A program made the translations under genes and the position numbers. This document shows, one piece after another, positions 20,575-30,001 of a stretch of DNA of 64,000 nt. Origin of the DNA: Candidatus Sysuimicrobium tengchongense (GTDB taxonomy: Bacteria > Sysuimicrobiota > Sysuimicrobiia > Sysuimicrobiales > Sysuimicrobiaceae); the NCBI GenBank assembly GCA_031460175.1, contig JAVKGW010000001.1:83021-147020 (forward strand), read 5' to 3'. Under the pieces are notes generated by a model, which was not told the DNA's origin, did not search any database, and saw nothing but the letters and a program-made list of their open reading frames with translations. Each line of letters opens with the position of its first letter. Within the stretch, counting starts at the first letter, position 1.

Positions 20575-20778
20575 CTACGACTCCACCGTCTCATACTTTA
20601 TCCGTCGAGCCTCTGTCACCCGCCTGGACGCATCCAGGATCTCCAGAGAGACGAGATTCCCGTGGTCACCGTAGTCCACGATCACTCCGGGCTTGTTCTC
20701 GTCGCTCTCCGTCACGGAGACGTCCTCCCGGAGGATCACGGTCAGGGTATCCGTCCTCCGGTCGTAAATCACCTTCAT
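20575..20778 (-). CDS. DUF2283-family small protein (putative antitoxin-like partner)
   Basis: 67 aa, MKVIYDRRTDTLTVILRE...VIVDYGDHGNLVSLEILDAS is the DUF2283 pattern. Overlaps the upstream DUF4258 gene by 4 nt. Confidence 0.62.
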   Translation of the reverse strand: MKVIYDRRTDTLTVILREDVSVTESDENKPGVIVDYGDHGNLVSLEILDASRRVTEARRIKYETVES

Positions 20779-21068
20779 GCTCCTTGCCTCCAGTACTTCG
20801 AGATCTTGCTGGTGCGATAGACCGTTACCATCTCCGCCGGGGTGCGGTCTACGTCCACGATGACCCGCACGAGGTACACCTTTCCTCCCAGTTCCATCCG
20901 GGACTGGCGGACCGAACGGCCGGGCCGGAGATCGAAGGTCTGCTCTGGTCTGGCCATGAATTGCCTGGCAACGTCTTCGCCAGTGCGCCGGCGCTCCACT
21001 ACAACCGCCGCCGGCCCACCTGGGCTACCGAACCCGGGGCCGCCCGCCTGTCGAGCTGTTCTGGGCAA
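20775..21068 (-). CDS. DUF4258-family protein (putative toxin-like partner)
   Basis: C-terminus GKVYLVRVIVDVDRTPAEMVTVYRTSKISKYW matches DUF4258. The N-terminal boundary is uncertain. Confidence 0.5.
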   Translation of the reverse strand: MPRTARQAGGPGFGSPGGPAAVVVERRRTGEDVARQFMARPEQTFDLRPGRSVRQSRMELGGKVYLVRVIVDVDRTPAEMVTVYRTSKISKYWRQGA

Positions 21069-21228
21069 TCACGGGGAGGAGAGGTCATGATCAGGCCCCA
21101 AACCGGTGATCTGCGCCACCCTGTGGCCGTGGATCGCAGTACACAAGCCCGCGGTTCGGGGCCGGCTCGGGCTGGAAGCTCGCGGAGTGCGTTCTCCCCC
21201 TTGCACCGCGATCCCTACGTAATGCAAA

Positions 21229-22197
21229 ATGTGTGGCGACATGGACGCGGTCGACCTCGTTCGACTCAACCTTCTGTCTCCCATGGTACTGGCCTTCTTC
21301 CTCGGAGCGGCGGCTCGACTGCTCCAGAGCGACCTTGCATTCCCGGAGGCCCTCTACACCGCGTTGTCCATCTACCTTCTCTTCGCCATCGGCTTCAAGG
21401 GTGGCGTCGAGCTCTCCAAGACGACCGCGGCTGCTGTCCTCTGGCCTGTCCTGGCAACTTTGGCCCTCGGGCTCGGCCGTCCGCTCTTGAGTTACGTCTT
21501 CGCGCGACGGTTCCTTCGGGTGAACCGCATCGAAGCCGCTGCGCTCGCGGCTCACTACGGATCGGTTTCCGCGGTGACCTTCCTCGCCGCCCTCGGATTC
21601 GTACAGGCAGCCGGCGACCGGGTGGAAGGGTTCCTGCCGACCCTGGTGGCCGTTCTCGAGGTGCCGGGGATCGTCGTGGCCCTCCTGTTGGCGAAACGGA
21701 AGGGTGGCTCCCCGGGCGCAGCCCTGCGAGAAGTTCTCACCGGAAAGAGCGCGGTGCTCCTCGTCGGAGGGTTGCTCGTGGGCTTCCTGTCCGGGGAGCA
21801 GGGCATGAAGCAGGTGGCAGCCTTTTTCGTAGAGCCCTTCCAGGGAGCACTCACCCTGTTCCTCATGGACCTGGGTATGGTGGCAGCCGCGAGGCTCCGC
21901 AGCTTCCGCGATGTCGGCCTGCGGCTGGTGCCCTACGGAATCGTGTTGGCTCTCGTCCACGGAGTCGCGGGTGTGTACCTAGGGCACCTGGTGGGACTTT
22001 CCGTCGGCGGGAAAACCGTCTTCGGCGCGATGGCGGCGAGCGCGAGCTACATCGCCGCCCCAGCGGCGGTCCGTATCGCACTCCCGGAGGCCAACCCCAG
22101 CGTGTATCTGGCAGCGAGCCTGGCGGTCACGTTTCCATTTAACCTCACGTTGGGGATCCCCCTGTATCATGCCCTCGCCCGAGCGCTTGGAGGTTGA
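21229..22197 (+). CDS. sbtA: SbtA-family (DUF897) sodium-dependent bicarbonate transporter-like permease
   Basis: About 10 TM segments with an SbtA-like sequence (LAFFLGAAARLLQSDLAFPEALYTALSIYLLFAIGFKGG). Followed by, and overlapping, a PII-like gene. Confidence 0.72.
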   Translation: MCGDMDAVDLVRLNLLSPMVLAFFLGAAARLLQSDLAFPEALYTALSIYLLFAIGFKGGVELSKTTAAAVLWPVLATLALGLGRPLLSYVFARRFLRVNRIEAAALAAHYGSVSAVTFLAALGFVQAAGDRVEGFLPTLVAVLEVPGIVVALLLAKRKGGSPGAALREVLTGKSAVLLVGGLLVGFLSGEQGMKQVAAFFVEPFQGALTLFLMDLGMVAAARLRSFRDVGLRLVPYGIVLALVHGVAGVYLGHLVGLSVGGKTVFGAMAASASYIAAPAAVRIALPEANPSVYLAASLAVTFPFNLTLGIPLYHALARALGG

Positions 22198-22502
22198 AGG
22201 TGGAACTCGTCCGTCTAAAGCTCGTGACCATCGTGGCGGAAGCCGTCCTGGAGGAGCGCCTGGTAGACGATCTGAGGCGCCTGGGCGCGAAAGGCTACAC
22301 CGTGACAGACGCCCGAGGCGAGGGCTCCCGGGGACTGCGCACCATGGACTGGGAGGGGAAGAACATCCGACTGGAGACCATTGTGAGCGAGGAAGTGGCG
22401 GAACGAATTCTCGCCCATCTCCAGGAGGCCTACTTCCCTCACTACGCGATCATCGCCTACGTGGAGAACGTCGAGGTGATACGCGGGAAAAAGTACGTCT
22501 GA
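22194..22502 (+). CDS. sbtB: PII-like signalling protein SbtB
   Basis: 102 aa, MKVELVRLKLVTIVAEAVLEERLVDDLRRLGAKGYTVTDARGEG has the PII fold. The 4-nt overlap with sbtA gives the canonical sbtAB pairing. Confidence 0.7.
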   Translation: MKVELVRLKLVTIVAEAVLEERLVDDLRRLGAKGYTVTDARGEGSRGLRTMDWEGKNIRLETIVSEEVAERILAHLQEAYFPHYAIIAYVENVEVIRGKKYV

Positions 22503-22840
22503 AGACGGACAACTGAACACCCTACCGGCAGTACTGGCTTTTCGAGACGTCACGTCGTGGCCACCACCTGTCCTGGGCGAGAGCCCAGGAGGCAGCCGGC
22601 GGTTGCATCCGCCATCGAGAATCCGCCACGCTCGGCCCAGGAGGTCCAGCCGACCGCGCGGCGCGTAGCCACCCTGAAGCTGTGCGCGGCGGGGCGCACA
22701 ACAGGCGCAGAAATTCTTCCACGCTCAGCCCCGCGTACCGGAGGATGGCCCGGAGGGTACCGCGATCCAGCTCGTCGTGGTCCGGGACAACTTGCTCACA
22801 CGACCACCACCACGGGCTCGCACCGGAGAAGGCGCGCTTA

Positions 22841-23311
22841 TTACTCACTGCGCCCCTCAGAACATCTCCGAATCTCCTCGACATACTCCGCTGGTAGACC
22901 GTGCTCCTTCGCCCCCTTCAGGATATGGTCCAAATACTCTCGGGTCGGCCGTAGACCTGCGCTAACCTTTTCGCGATTGGCAATATAGGTCTGTGCATGG
23001 ATGATTTCACCTTCGCGAGTCATCACCTCCACTTGCCTTCGCTCGTAATGACCGGGTACCCCTTCACAACGATCCAGATAACTAAGTTCTGCGCTCGTCA
23101 GTCGATAGACGGCACCCCACACCTGACTGCCACCGCGCGGCACGATGTTAGCCTTACCAGACCCATCGTTACCCTTCTTATTGAAGGCAAACCTGTAGTC
23201 CCGCAGATAGCCGACCTTGGAGTCCACCCTATCACGACCTATGCGCTTGTGTAGGCGGTCTGAATCTAGGTTGGACCCGTACGCAAAGTACCACACAGTG
23301 TCATCTTGCAT
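22841..23311 (-). CDS. Gamma-glutamylcyclotransferase-like (AIG2/GGCT fold) protein
   Basis: WYFAYGSNLDSDRLHKRIG contains the YGSNL hallmark. AT-richer than its flanks. Last gene of the long minus-strand defense array. Confidence 0.78.
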   Translation of the reverse strand: MQDDTVWYFAYGSNLDSDRLHKRIGRDRVDSKVGYLRDYRFAFNKKGNDGSGKANIVPRGGSQVWGAVYRLTSAELSYLDRCEGVPGHYERRQVEVMTREGEIIHAQTYIANREKVSAGLRPTREYLDHILKGAKEHGLPAEYVEEIRRCSEGRSE

Positions 23312-23370
23312 TGCCCACCGACCCCCGCTTCACATGAGAGCCACTACTGCCCTCCCGTTCCCTACCTAAC

Positions 23371-26300
23371 CTACTCCCTCTCGAACCCGTGGCTGGTGAA
23401 CTTCAGCGTCCGGCAGTTCTCCGTCACCACCCGCACCACCCGCTCCGGCACCCCCTCCGGTACGGTGGCCTCGATCTCCAGCGTCACGCGCACCTGTGCG
23501 CCCGGCAGGCCCGCGAGGTGTGCGACCACCTCCTCCTGGACCCGCCCGGCCTCCGCCCCCGCCCGCAGTGGGTCCAGGACCACGCTCCCGTGGAACCGGC
23601 GGAAGACCACCCTGGGGCCTACCACCGTTTCCGTGCCGGTCTCGCCCCCGGCGGTGGCTTCCGTGGTCACCGCCTCGCCAGTGTCCCCTCCTGCCCTGGC
23701 CTCCCTGCGCGGCTCCTCCGACTTCCGCCGTGCCTCCTCGTCCAGTTCCCGGCGCGCCACCTCAGGGCGAACCACCAGCCCCGCGGGAGCATCCGCCGAC
23801 AGGGGTACGTGCTGCCCCGCCCGCAGGCCCCGGTACCGCCCCGCCCGCTCGTCATACGAGTCCGCGTACGCGAACCCGTCCTGCTCCCACGTGAGGAGCG
23901 CTACGCCGCTGGAAACCGCGGTTACCAAGACCGACGGGTCCCTCAGCCGGGGCAGGTATACGTACCGCGCGAAGTCCTCCACCAGCTGCCGCACCTCCAC
24001 GTGGTCGCCCCGCCACAGCGGGATCCGGTCGAGTTCCTGGCGGAGGCGCGGTCCGCCAAACACCGTCACCAGCAGCTCGTCCCGCAGCAACCGCTTGCTC
24101 GCCCGCTCCGCCAGACCCTCGTTCCCCTGCAGCCGGACTTCCTGCCAGGCGACCTCCGCCGTCGGGTCAGGCTGCACCGGCACCAGCAGCCAGCAGAAGG
24201 TCTCGGGCAACCGTGCTTTCACGGTCAGGTCGCTCGCCTGCTTCTGCTGCTCCGCCTGCCGGACCTGGTGAGGCGTGAGGTCCAGAGCCTCCCTGTCGTC
24301 CAGCACCGACTCCCACGCCAGGTAGCGCCGGACCGCCTCGTCCAGGTCCTGCACCCGGGCCCGGTCCGCGGCCAGGAACACCAGCGTGTTCCGGTACAGC
24401 CGAGGCCCTGCTCCCCGCGACTCCAGGATTTCCCGGGCCCGCCGCTGGGCAGGGCTTTCCTCGCCCCGCGCGTGCGGGAATTCCAGGCCCAGCACCACCA
24501 GGCGCGCGTCCAGGTCGTCGGGCACGTCCTGAGGGGACTGAGGGAAAGCGTGGACGCGGCTGAAGGCCCCGCTCTTCCTCACGTCCTCCCGCACCCGGCG
24601 CTCCACCTCCCGCGCCACCTTCTCGGGCTCGCGCCTCAGCTGCTCTGCCCGGCCCTCTGCCAGACTCGTGACGTTGGGCTGGGTCGAGTACCAGTAGCGC
24701 ACCCCGTCCTGGTACAGGAAGGTGGCGTCGCCCGTGAGCCTGCGGAGCGCGTCCCCGAAGATCTGGGGGGTCTCCCCGGGCGCCACGCACCCCAGCCGCA
24801 CCCGTCGGTCCTCGATCCCCCGGTGGGCGGCCTGCTGCGTGGGCGCGGACCCCAGGAAGATGGTCCGCGCCACGCGGCGGCAGGCGTGGTACTTCCCGAG
24901 GTTCGGCACCTCTCCGTCCAGACGCACGGGCAGCGAGTTGGGCCCGTCCACGTCCTTGTCGATCACCGGCACCCAGTTCTCGGACAGGTACCGGGTGAGC
25001 TCGAACTGCACCCGCGGGTCGTCCATGGGAATTGTGGAGGGCAGAATGAGTGGGCTCCTATCCCCCCGCTCCCACAGGCTGTGGATCACCGCGGCCATCA
25101 GCCGCAGGACGCCTCGGGTCCGCTGAAACCGCGGCAGGCTCCCCCAGTCCTCGTACAGGCGCGCGAACACCTCCGGGTGGATGGGGTAGGCGTCCTTAAG
25201 CTTGCGCTCGTAGTCCGGCTCGCTGCACTCCGGGGGGAACTCCGCCTTCTGTGTGCGGTAGAGGTCCGCGAACGCCCGGGCCACCACGTCCCGCGCCTTG
25301 AACTGCTCGGGATCCCTCATGGGCTCGAACAGCCGACGGCGGACGATCTCAAAGGTCTCCTCTTGCGTGGCGGGCCGCCAGGGCGCCTCCATCCGTCCGA
25401 TCACGTTGCGCAGCCGGTCGAGCGCCTCTCGGCCGCGGATCCCACCCACCTCGATGTCCTCCGCCTGGACGTACGGGGATACGGGGTCGCTGGCGGGGAG
25501 GGCAATCGCCACGAGGCACGCGCGGGCCGCCCGGGCGCACTCGGTCAGCGCCTGGGCGAAGGTGAACTGGGTGTCGAAGGTGCCGCCGGGCAGGTCGGGT
25601 GTGTCGTGGAGCTGTCGGGCGTAGGCCACCCACTCGTCGATCAACACCAGACACGGTCCGTAGGTGTCGAACAGCTCCCGCAGCGTGTCCCCGGGGCTCG
25701 TGGCCTTCTCGTCGTCCGCCGCCACCCGAGCGTACGCCCTGCGGGCCTCCTCCAGGCCCCCGGCGGCGAAGCCGAGCTGCCAGGCGAGCTCGCCCCACAG
25801 CGTGCGGACCACCGTCCCGTCGGGTTTCACCGTGGGGTTGCCCGGGGAGATACGGCTTCCGACCAGGGCCACCCGGCGCACCTGCGGTAGCCGGCTCACC
25901 CCCGCCTCCGCCATCACCGCGTCCGCACCCGGGAGCTCCGCGGGCGGCCTTCCGGAGAAGAGGTGGTACAGGGCGATCATGGCGTGGGTCTTACCGCCCC
26001 CGAAGTTCGTCTGCAGCTGCACAACGGGGTCGCCCTTGCCTTCGGACAGCCGAAGGACCGCATTCACCAACAGCCGCTTGAGGTTCTCCGTCAGGTACGT
26101 GCGCCGGAAGAACTCCACGGGGTCCTGATACTCCGAGGAGGCCTCGCCCCGGTACACCTGCCACAGGTCGGCCGCGAACTCCGCCTGCTGGTAGCGGCCG
26201 CTGGCCACATCCGGGTGCGGGCTGATGACCTCCCGCCACGGCTTCAGGGCCCCGGCTGTAGCGGCCTCCACCAAAGACCCGCCCACCTTTCGCCGCTCCG

Positions 26301-26742
26301 CCCGCACCTGCTCCTCGAACCGAACCCGGAGCAGCTCCATCTTCATCCGCTCAAGCTCCTCCACCTGGGGAGCGGAGACGGCCGAGAGCAACCGACTTGC
26401 GGAGTCCAACACGCGGTAGGCGTCATCTGTGCTGAACGCCTCCTGGTGAGCCCACTTGTTCCGCCAGTCCCGTAGCTCCGAGACGAGACTGCGCTCCGCC
26501 TGACCCAGGGGCCGCCGGAACACCTCGTCCCACCCGGCCCCCATGACTTTCAACAACGCTGCCACGTCCCAGTCCCGAATGGGCTTACTTGCCACGTTTC
26601 GGTCGTCCCCCACAAGGCGCAGAGCTTCCGCCATTGCTTGACCCCGGTACTGTCCCCGGAGCTCCCGCTCGACAAACGGCCCCAGGCCCGCCCGCAGCAG
26701 GTCCAGCGCCTTACCTACCCGCTCGTGGTTAGTCACCGCCAT
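23371..26742 (-). CDS. Large P-loop ATPase with N-terminal Swt1-like HEPN domain (DUF499-like)
   Basis: 1123 aa. N-terminal region ...LRDWRNKWAHQEAFSTDDAYRVLDSASRLL is HEPN-like. Deviant Walker A LQTNFGGGKTHAMIALYHLF, with a downstream Walker B (VLIDEW). Confidence 0.68.
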   Translation of the reverse strand: MAVTNHERVGKALDLLRAGLGPFVERELRGQYRGQAMAEALRLVGDDRNVASKPIRDWDVAALLKVMGAGWDEVFRRPLGQAERSLVSELRDWRNKWAHQEAFSTDDAYRVLDSASRLLSAVSAPQVEELERMKMELLRVRFEEQVRAERRKVGGSLVEAATAGALKPWREVISPHPDVASGRYQQAEFAADLWQVYRGEASSEYQDPVEFFRRTYLTENLKRLLVNAVLRLSEGKGDPVVQLQTNFGGGKTHAMIALYHLFSGRPPAELPGADAVMAEAGVSRLPQVRRVALVGSRISPGNPTVKPDGTVVRTLWGELAWQLGFAAGGLEEARRAYARVAADDEKATSPGDTLRELFDTYGPCLVLIDEWVAYARQLHDTPDLPGGTFDTQFTFAQALTECARAARACLVAIALPASDPVSPYVQAEDIEVGGIRGREALDRLRNVIGRMEAPWRPATQEETFEIVRRRLFEPMRDPEQFKARDVVARAFADLYRTQKAEFPPECSEPDYERKLKDAYPIHPEVFARLYEDWGSLPRFQRTRGVLRLMAAVIHSLWERGDRSPLILPSTIPMDDPRVQFELTRYLSENWVPVIDKDVDGPNSLPVRLDGEVPNLGKYHACRRVARTIFLGSAPTQQAAHRGIEDRRVRLGCVAPGETPQIFGDALRRLTGDATFLYQDGVRYWYSTQPNVTSLAEGRAEQLRREPEKVAREVERRVREDVRKSGAFSRVHAFPQSPQDVPDDLDARLVVLGLEFPHARGEESPAQRRAREILESRGAGPRLYRNTLVFLAADRARVQDLDEAVRRYLAWESVLDDREALDLTPHQVRQAEQQKQASDLTVKARLPETFCWLLVPVQPDPTAEVAWQEVRLQGNEGLAERASKRLLRDELLVTVFGGPRLRQELDRIPLWRGDHVEVRQLVEDFARYVYLPRLRDPSVLVTAVSSGVALLTWEQDGFAYADSYDERAGRYRGLRAGQHVPLSADAPAGLVVRPEVARRELDEEARRKSEEPRREARAGGDTGEAVTTEATAGGETGTETVVGPRVVFRRFHGSVVLDPLRAGAEAGRVQEEVVAHLAGLPGAQVRVTLEIEATVPEGVPERVVRVVTENCRTLKFTSHGFERE

Positions 26743-26759
26743 GGCTCACCCCCCAGCCC

Positions 26760-27065
26760 CTATATCTCCACACCGCGGCTGCGAAAGTCTACGATGATGG
26801 AGTCCAAGACCCCGCGGGCCTCAAGAACGGCACGATTCGCGTCCTCGCGGGTTGCTTCTGGCCAGTCCCCAGGGTAGCGGGCTTCAATAGCCCAGACCGT
26901 CAGTTCGGAAAGATCCGGGTACTGGTCCTTCACCCGCCAGCCGGCAGGCAGCAAGTCGCGCAACGCGTTCAGGTTATGCCGAAAAAGGGTCTCTGCCTGC
27001 CTCAAGTCCTCCATCGCAAACTTGAGCCAACGCAACGCCTCCTCCGTCCACTTAGCCGCGTTCAT
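26760..27065 (-). CDS. HEPN-domain protein (toxin of a HEPN/MNT pair)
   Basis: About 100-aa all-helical protein overlapping the upstream MNT gene by 14 nt. Start at internal ATG 27065. Confidence 0.65.
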   Translation of the reverse strand: MNAAKWTEEALRWLKFAMEDLRQAETLFRHNLNALRDLLPAGWRVKDQYPDLSELTVWAIEARYPGDWPEATREDANRAVLEARGVLDSIIVDFRSRGVEI

Positions 27066-27411
27066 ACACCACCCTGCCCTCACGCAACGCTGATCTGAGG
27101 ACGCTTCCCGGCACGTCCCCGCGACGGTCAATTTCGGCCGGGCTCGTGACGATCACATCTACGGCGACAGGCATCCCCTGGGGATCACGCAGACCGTTCA
27201 GGGCACGAAGCGCCTCCACCATAGCAGTGCGTTTGTCTCGAACTTCCGGCAAAACGACGAGGAAATCAAAGTCACTCCATCTTCCCGCCTCTCCCCTCGC
27301 CCGCGAGCCAAAGAGAATGATGCGCAGAGGCTGGAGCCGCTCGACGATCCGCCGCACCGCAGAGTCCAGGACCGGGTCGCGGAGACCCGCTGTACTCTCG
27401 TCCCTATTCAC
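27052..27411 (-). CDS. Minimal nucleotidyltransferase (MNT antitoxin partner)
   Basis: LRIILFGSRARGEAGRWSDFDFLVVL is the GS-x9-13-DxD NTase motif. GTG 27411 with GGAGG upstream. Confidence 0.78.
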   Translation of the reverse strand: MNRDESTAGLRDPVLDSAVRRIVERLQPLRIILFGSRARGEAGRWSDFDFLVVLPEVRDKRTAMVEALRALNGLRDPQGMPVAVDVIVTSPAEIDRRGDVPGSVLRSALREGRVVYERG

Positions 27412-27822
27412 GTTCTCCTCCCTCCCCCGTATCCGCAAACAGCCGGACGCCGACGGGCAGCTCCTTGCGGGCGAGGCGAGCGACCTCCGGCCACCCCAGC
27501 ACCAAGGCGTTGTAGGCCTGCGCGTCCTGGGACCTGCCCTTCTTCTCCGCGATTGCGAACAGGCGGGAGGCGAGATCGCGGGCCAGCTCCCCCCGGGAAC
27601 TTGGCCTAACGAAATCACCCCACCACCTCATTCCCTCGAAAGTCAATCGACTTCACGGCAATCCGCCCGTGCTCTCCGGGCTGGAAGGGGAAGGAGCGGG
27701 TGTCCCGAAGCTTCTCAAACGCCTCCGGCTCGATCCAGGCCTTAAGCGCCCGCCGGAGCCCCTCCAGCTGTTGCGTGATTTGTAGGCAAGAAAACAGATA
27801 CGCTTGCCGAAAGCAAACATCC

Positions 27823-29028
27823 TCAAGTGTCCTCCTTCGTTTGCATCGCGCCGGGGTCCAGGCCGAGCTCCCGCAGAGCGGCCTGGATCTCCTCCAGCCG
27901 ATTGGGCGGGATGCCCCCTTCCGGGGCCACTTCAACGCGCACACGCAGGCGCAGGCTGGGGTCGGTGGCGAAGTGGGTGAGCACCTTCATGTAGAACTGC
28001 GACCACTTGTGCGGCGGAAGTTCGCCTTCCCAGAAGAGGCGGCGCGGCGGGGGTGGCGGTGGCGGCGGGGGTGGGGGCGGAACTGCGTCTTTCCGAACAC
28101 GGACTACAGCCCTTGCCGTTAAGGCCCCGCCTCGAGCTTCGACTTCAAACTCTCCCTCTTCAATCCCGGCCACAAAGTTCCCGTTGCTGTCAATTTCGCC
28201 CCCTCGGGCTGACCAGACCACGCTTTCGATGCGCCGGCCATCCTGGTCAAGTGCCTGAAATTGAACGCTCCCGCCCGGACGAAGTATCACCTCCCCAGGC
28301 TCGATTCTGAGCTGAGCAGGAGGGGGAGCCTTCTTTGTTGTAATAAAGACATCTTCTGCAAACTCCACACTTTCCGGGGTGAAGGTGGGGTCGTTCCAGA
28401 TGATGGGGCCGCCCATCGAGAAATACCCGAACTTGCCTTCCCGCACGCCCCGGGCGATGGTGTTTTTGAGGACATCAGGATGGAGAAGCCGCGGGAGCCG
28501 CGGCGAGGCGAAGAAGGCGTCCCGCACCGCCCTGGTGCTCCACTCCTCCAAAGCGGGCGGCCAGTGGCGGACCAGGAAGTCCGGGCTGATGGCCTCTTCC
28601 AGCAGGCCCTCCTGCTTGAGGCGGGAGAGGATGAGGCTCGTCAGGGACTCCGAGGCGCTCGGGTGCAAAAGCCCCAGGTCCACCTCCCGCATGTCGTTGT
28701 CCTCCCCTAGAAGGAGCACGCGCCGGTAGGCCCGCCACACGCCCTCCTTCAGGTTCCGCCCTGTTCGTTGCTTTTTCTCCCTGAGCTCCTGCAACTGGGA
28801 ATCGTCCAGCCTGAGCCGCTCCCGCTCGGCGGGGTCCTCCAGGCTTTCCAGGGCAAGCAGGGTCCTGGCCTCATCCAGAAGCTGGGCGTCGCCTTCGGCC
28901 ACGGCGAAGATAAGCCCGCTTTTGTAGGTCCGCCCCCGCCCGCCGCAGTTCTGGATCATGTCCATCACCAGCCGGCGGGTCTTCTCCCGCAGGGCGTTCT
29001 CATAGCTGTGCTCCGGCGCCAGCACCAC
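27823..29028 (-). CDS. Hypothetical protein with central Big_2-like Ig domain and poly-Pro linker
   Basis: 401 aa. ...IEPGEVILRPGGSVQFQALDQDGRRIESVVWSARGGEIDSNGNFVAGIEEGEFEVEARGGALTARAVV is Big_2-like, followed by PPPPPPPPPPPP. Downstream, two short overlapping ORFs in other frames (27615-27944 and 27404-27646) may be frameshifted continuations. Confidence 0.45.
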   Translation of the reverse strand: MVLAPEHSYENALREKTRRLVMDMIQNCGGRGRTYKSGLIFAVAEGDAQLLDEARTLLALESLEDPAERERLRLDDSQLQELREKKQRTGRNLKEGVWRAYRRVLLLGEDNDMREVDLGLLHPSASESLTSLILSRLKQEGLLEEAISPDFLVRHWPPALEEWSTRAVRDAFFASPRLPRLLHPDVLKNTIARGVREGKFGYFSMGGPIIWNDPTFTPESVEFAEDVFITTKKAPPPAQLRIEPGEVILRPGGSVQFQALDQDGRRIESVVWSARGGEIDSNGNFVAGIEEGEFEVEARGGALTARAVVRVRKDAVPPPPPPPPPPPPRRLFWEGELPPHKWSQFYMKVLTHFATDPSLRLRVRVEVAPEGGIPPNRLEEIQAALRELGLDPGAMQTKEDT

Positions 29029-29119
29029 CAGCCTCAGGGCGGGGACGAGGACGAGGGTAGCTGCCTCTACCCGGTCTTCCCCCGTACAGGCCTACGCAAC
29101 GCGCCCGGGCGCTATAGCG

Positions 29120-29998
29120 TCAGAAAAGACTCGGTTGCCTATCGCCGGTCTGGAGGGCAAGGGCAACCCGATTGTAAGGCTTGCCCTCCTTATCGGGGAA
29201 TGCCCAGAGGTTGAATCGGCGGTGAAGCCTGAATTGCTGCTTCCATGGCGGTTGCTGCAGATCCTGATACCAGTGAGCCACCATCCTTCCGAGGTCGCGT
29301 TTCACAGGTCGGGAAGAGCTCCCCACCATCGCTTGTTGCGTCGCGCCAAGAAGCAGGTCGCAGAATTGGAGGAGATCGTTGTTCGTGGAATCCTCCAACC
29401 TCAGGTGCAATTTTACTGCAGGATAGGGTTTGCCTTCCGACTTTCCTAAGAGTGCGTCCAATTCAGCTCGGAAGGGAAGATAATCCTCAAAGTTATCAAT
29501 CCATCCTTGATCAGGCCGGCTCATCCGATCTTTGGCGTCGGATATGAACGTGATTTCTACCCCATCCAGGTTTTCAGGCCCCAGGAACCATGCGATGCCT
29601 GCCTTGAGCGCCATAGCAGTGAAGCGGTTATAAGCGTGGTAATCTTTGGGGAAGCGTTTGGGGTCGTGAGCCGGGCTGTGGCGATCCACCGCCAGAACGG
29701 TGAAGCGGGCAAGGTCGGCAAGCCCGGATTGGAAAGCATTCATCCAGCGTCTGGCAATCCGCGCTTTAGCACCGTATGACCCATCGAAGCTCTTAGGAAG
29801 GTCGGAGAAATGCACTTCTCCCCAGTAGTCCTCTCTTTGTCTCCCATCCCGCAGGGTCGCCTGTACCTTCTCCAGGTCGGCATCCCGGACAAACAGAAGC
29901 CCCACAAGGAACCAGCGCTTGTTGGGGATGCTTTCATCGTGGAACAGGTGGTAGGTCTGGCGGCGGATGACTGGATTGCCCCAGAGGTCCCGCTGCAT
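29120..29998 (-). CDS. DUF3800-like protein
   Basis: 292 aa. N-terminal YHLFHDESIP... (D-E-S motif) and C-terminal LQFCDLLLGA resemble DUF3800 as I recall it. AT-richer composition. Lies 4 nt downstream of hsdS. Confidence 0.45.
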   Translation of the reverse strand: MQRDLWGNPVIRRQTYHLFHDESIPNKRWFLVGLLFVRDADLEKVQATLRDGRQREDYWGEVHFSDLPKSFDGSYGAKARIARRWMNAFQSGLADLARFTVLAVDRHSPAHDPKRFPKDYHAYNRFTAMALKAGIAWFLGPENLDGVEITFISDAKDRMSRPDQGWIDNFEDYLPFRAELDALLGKSEGKPYPAVKLHLRLEDSTNNDLLQFCDLLLGATQQAMVGSSSRPVKRDLGRMVAHWYQDLQQPPWKQQFRLHRRFNLWAFPDKEGKPYNRVALALQTGDRQPSLF

Positions 29999-30001
29999 GC
30001 C

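Noticed and set aside
21091-21960. 289-aa minus-strand ORF antisense to sbtA
   Set aside because: The translation is His/Glu/Gly-rich with no membrane or enzyme features. The plus strand encodes a convincing multi-TM SbtA.
22522-22884. 120-aa minus ORF containing an HTH-like segment (DELDRGTLRAILRYAGLSVEEFLRL)
   Set aside because: Only a short stretch looks protein-like and the remainder is Trp/Arg-rich noise. It is possibly a decayed HTH or antitoxin remnant at the island edge, but too weak to call a gene.
23389-25890. 833-aa plus-strand ORF antisense to the DUF499-like ATPase gene
   Set aside because: Mirror ORF in GC-rich DNA. The translation is low-complexity with no motifs, whereas the minus strand has clear HEPN and P-loop motifs.
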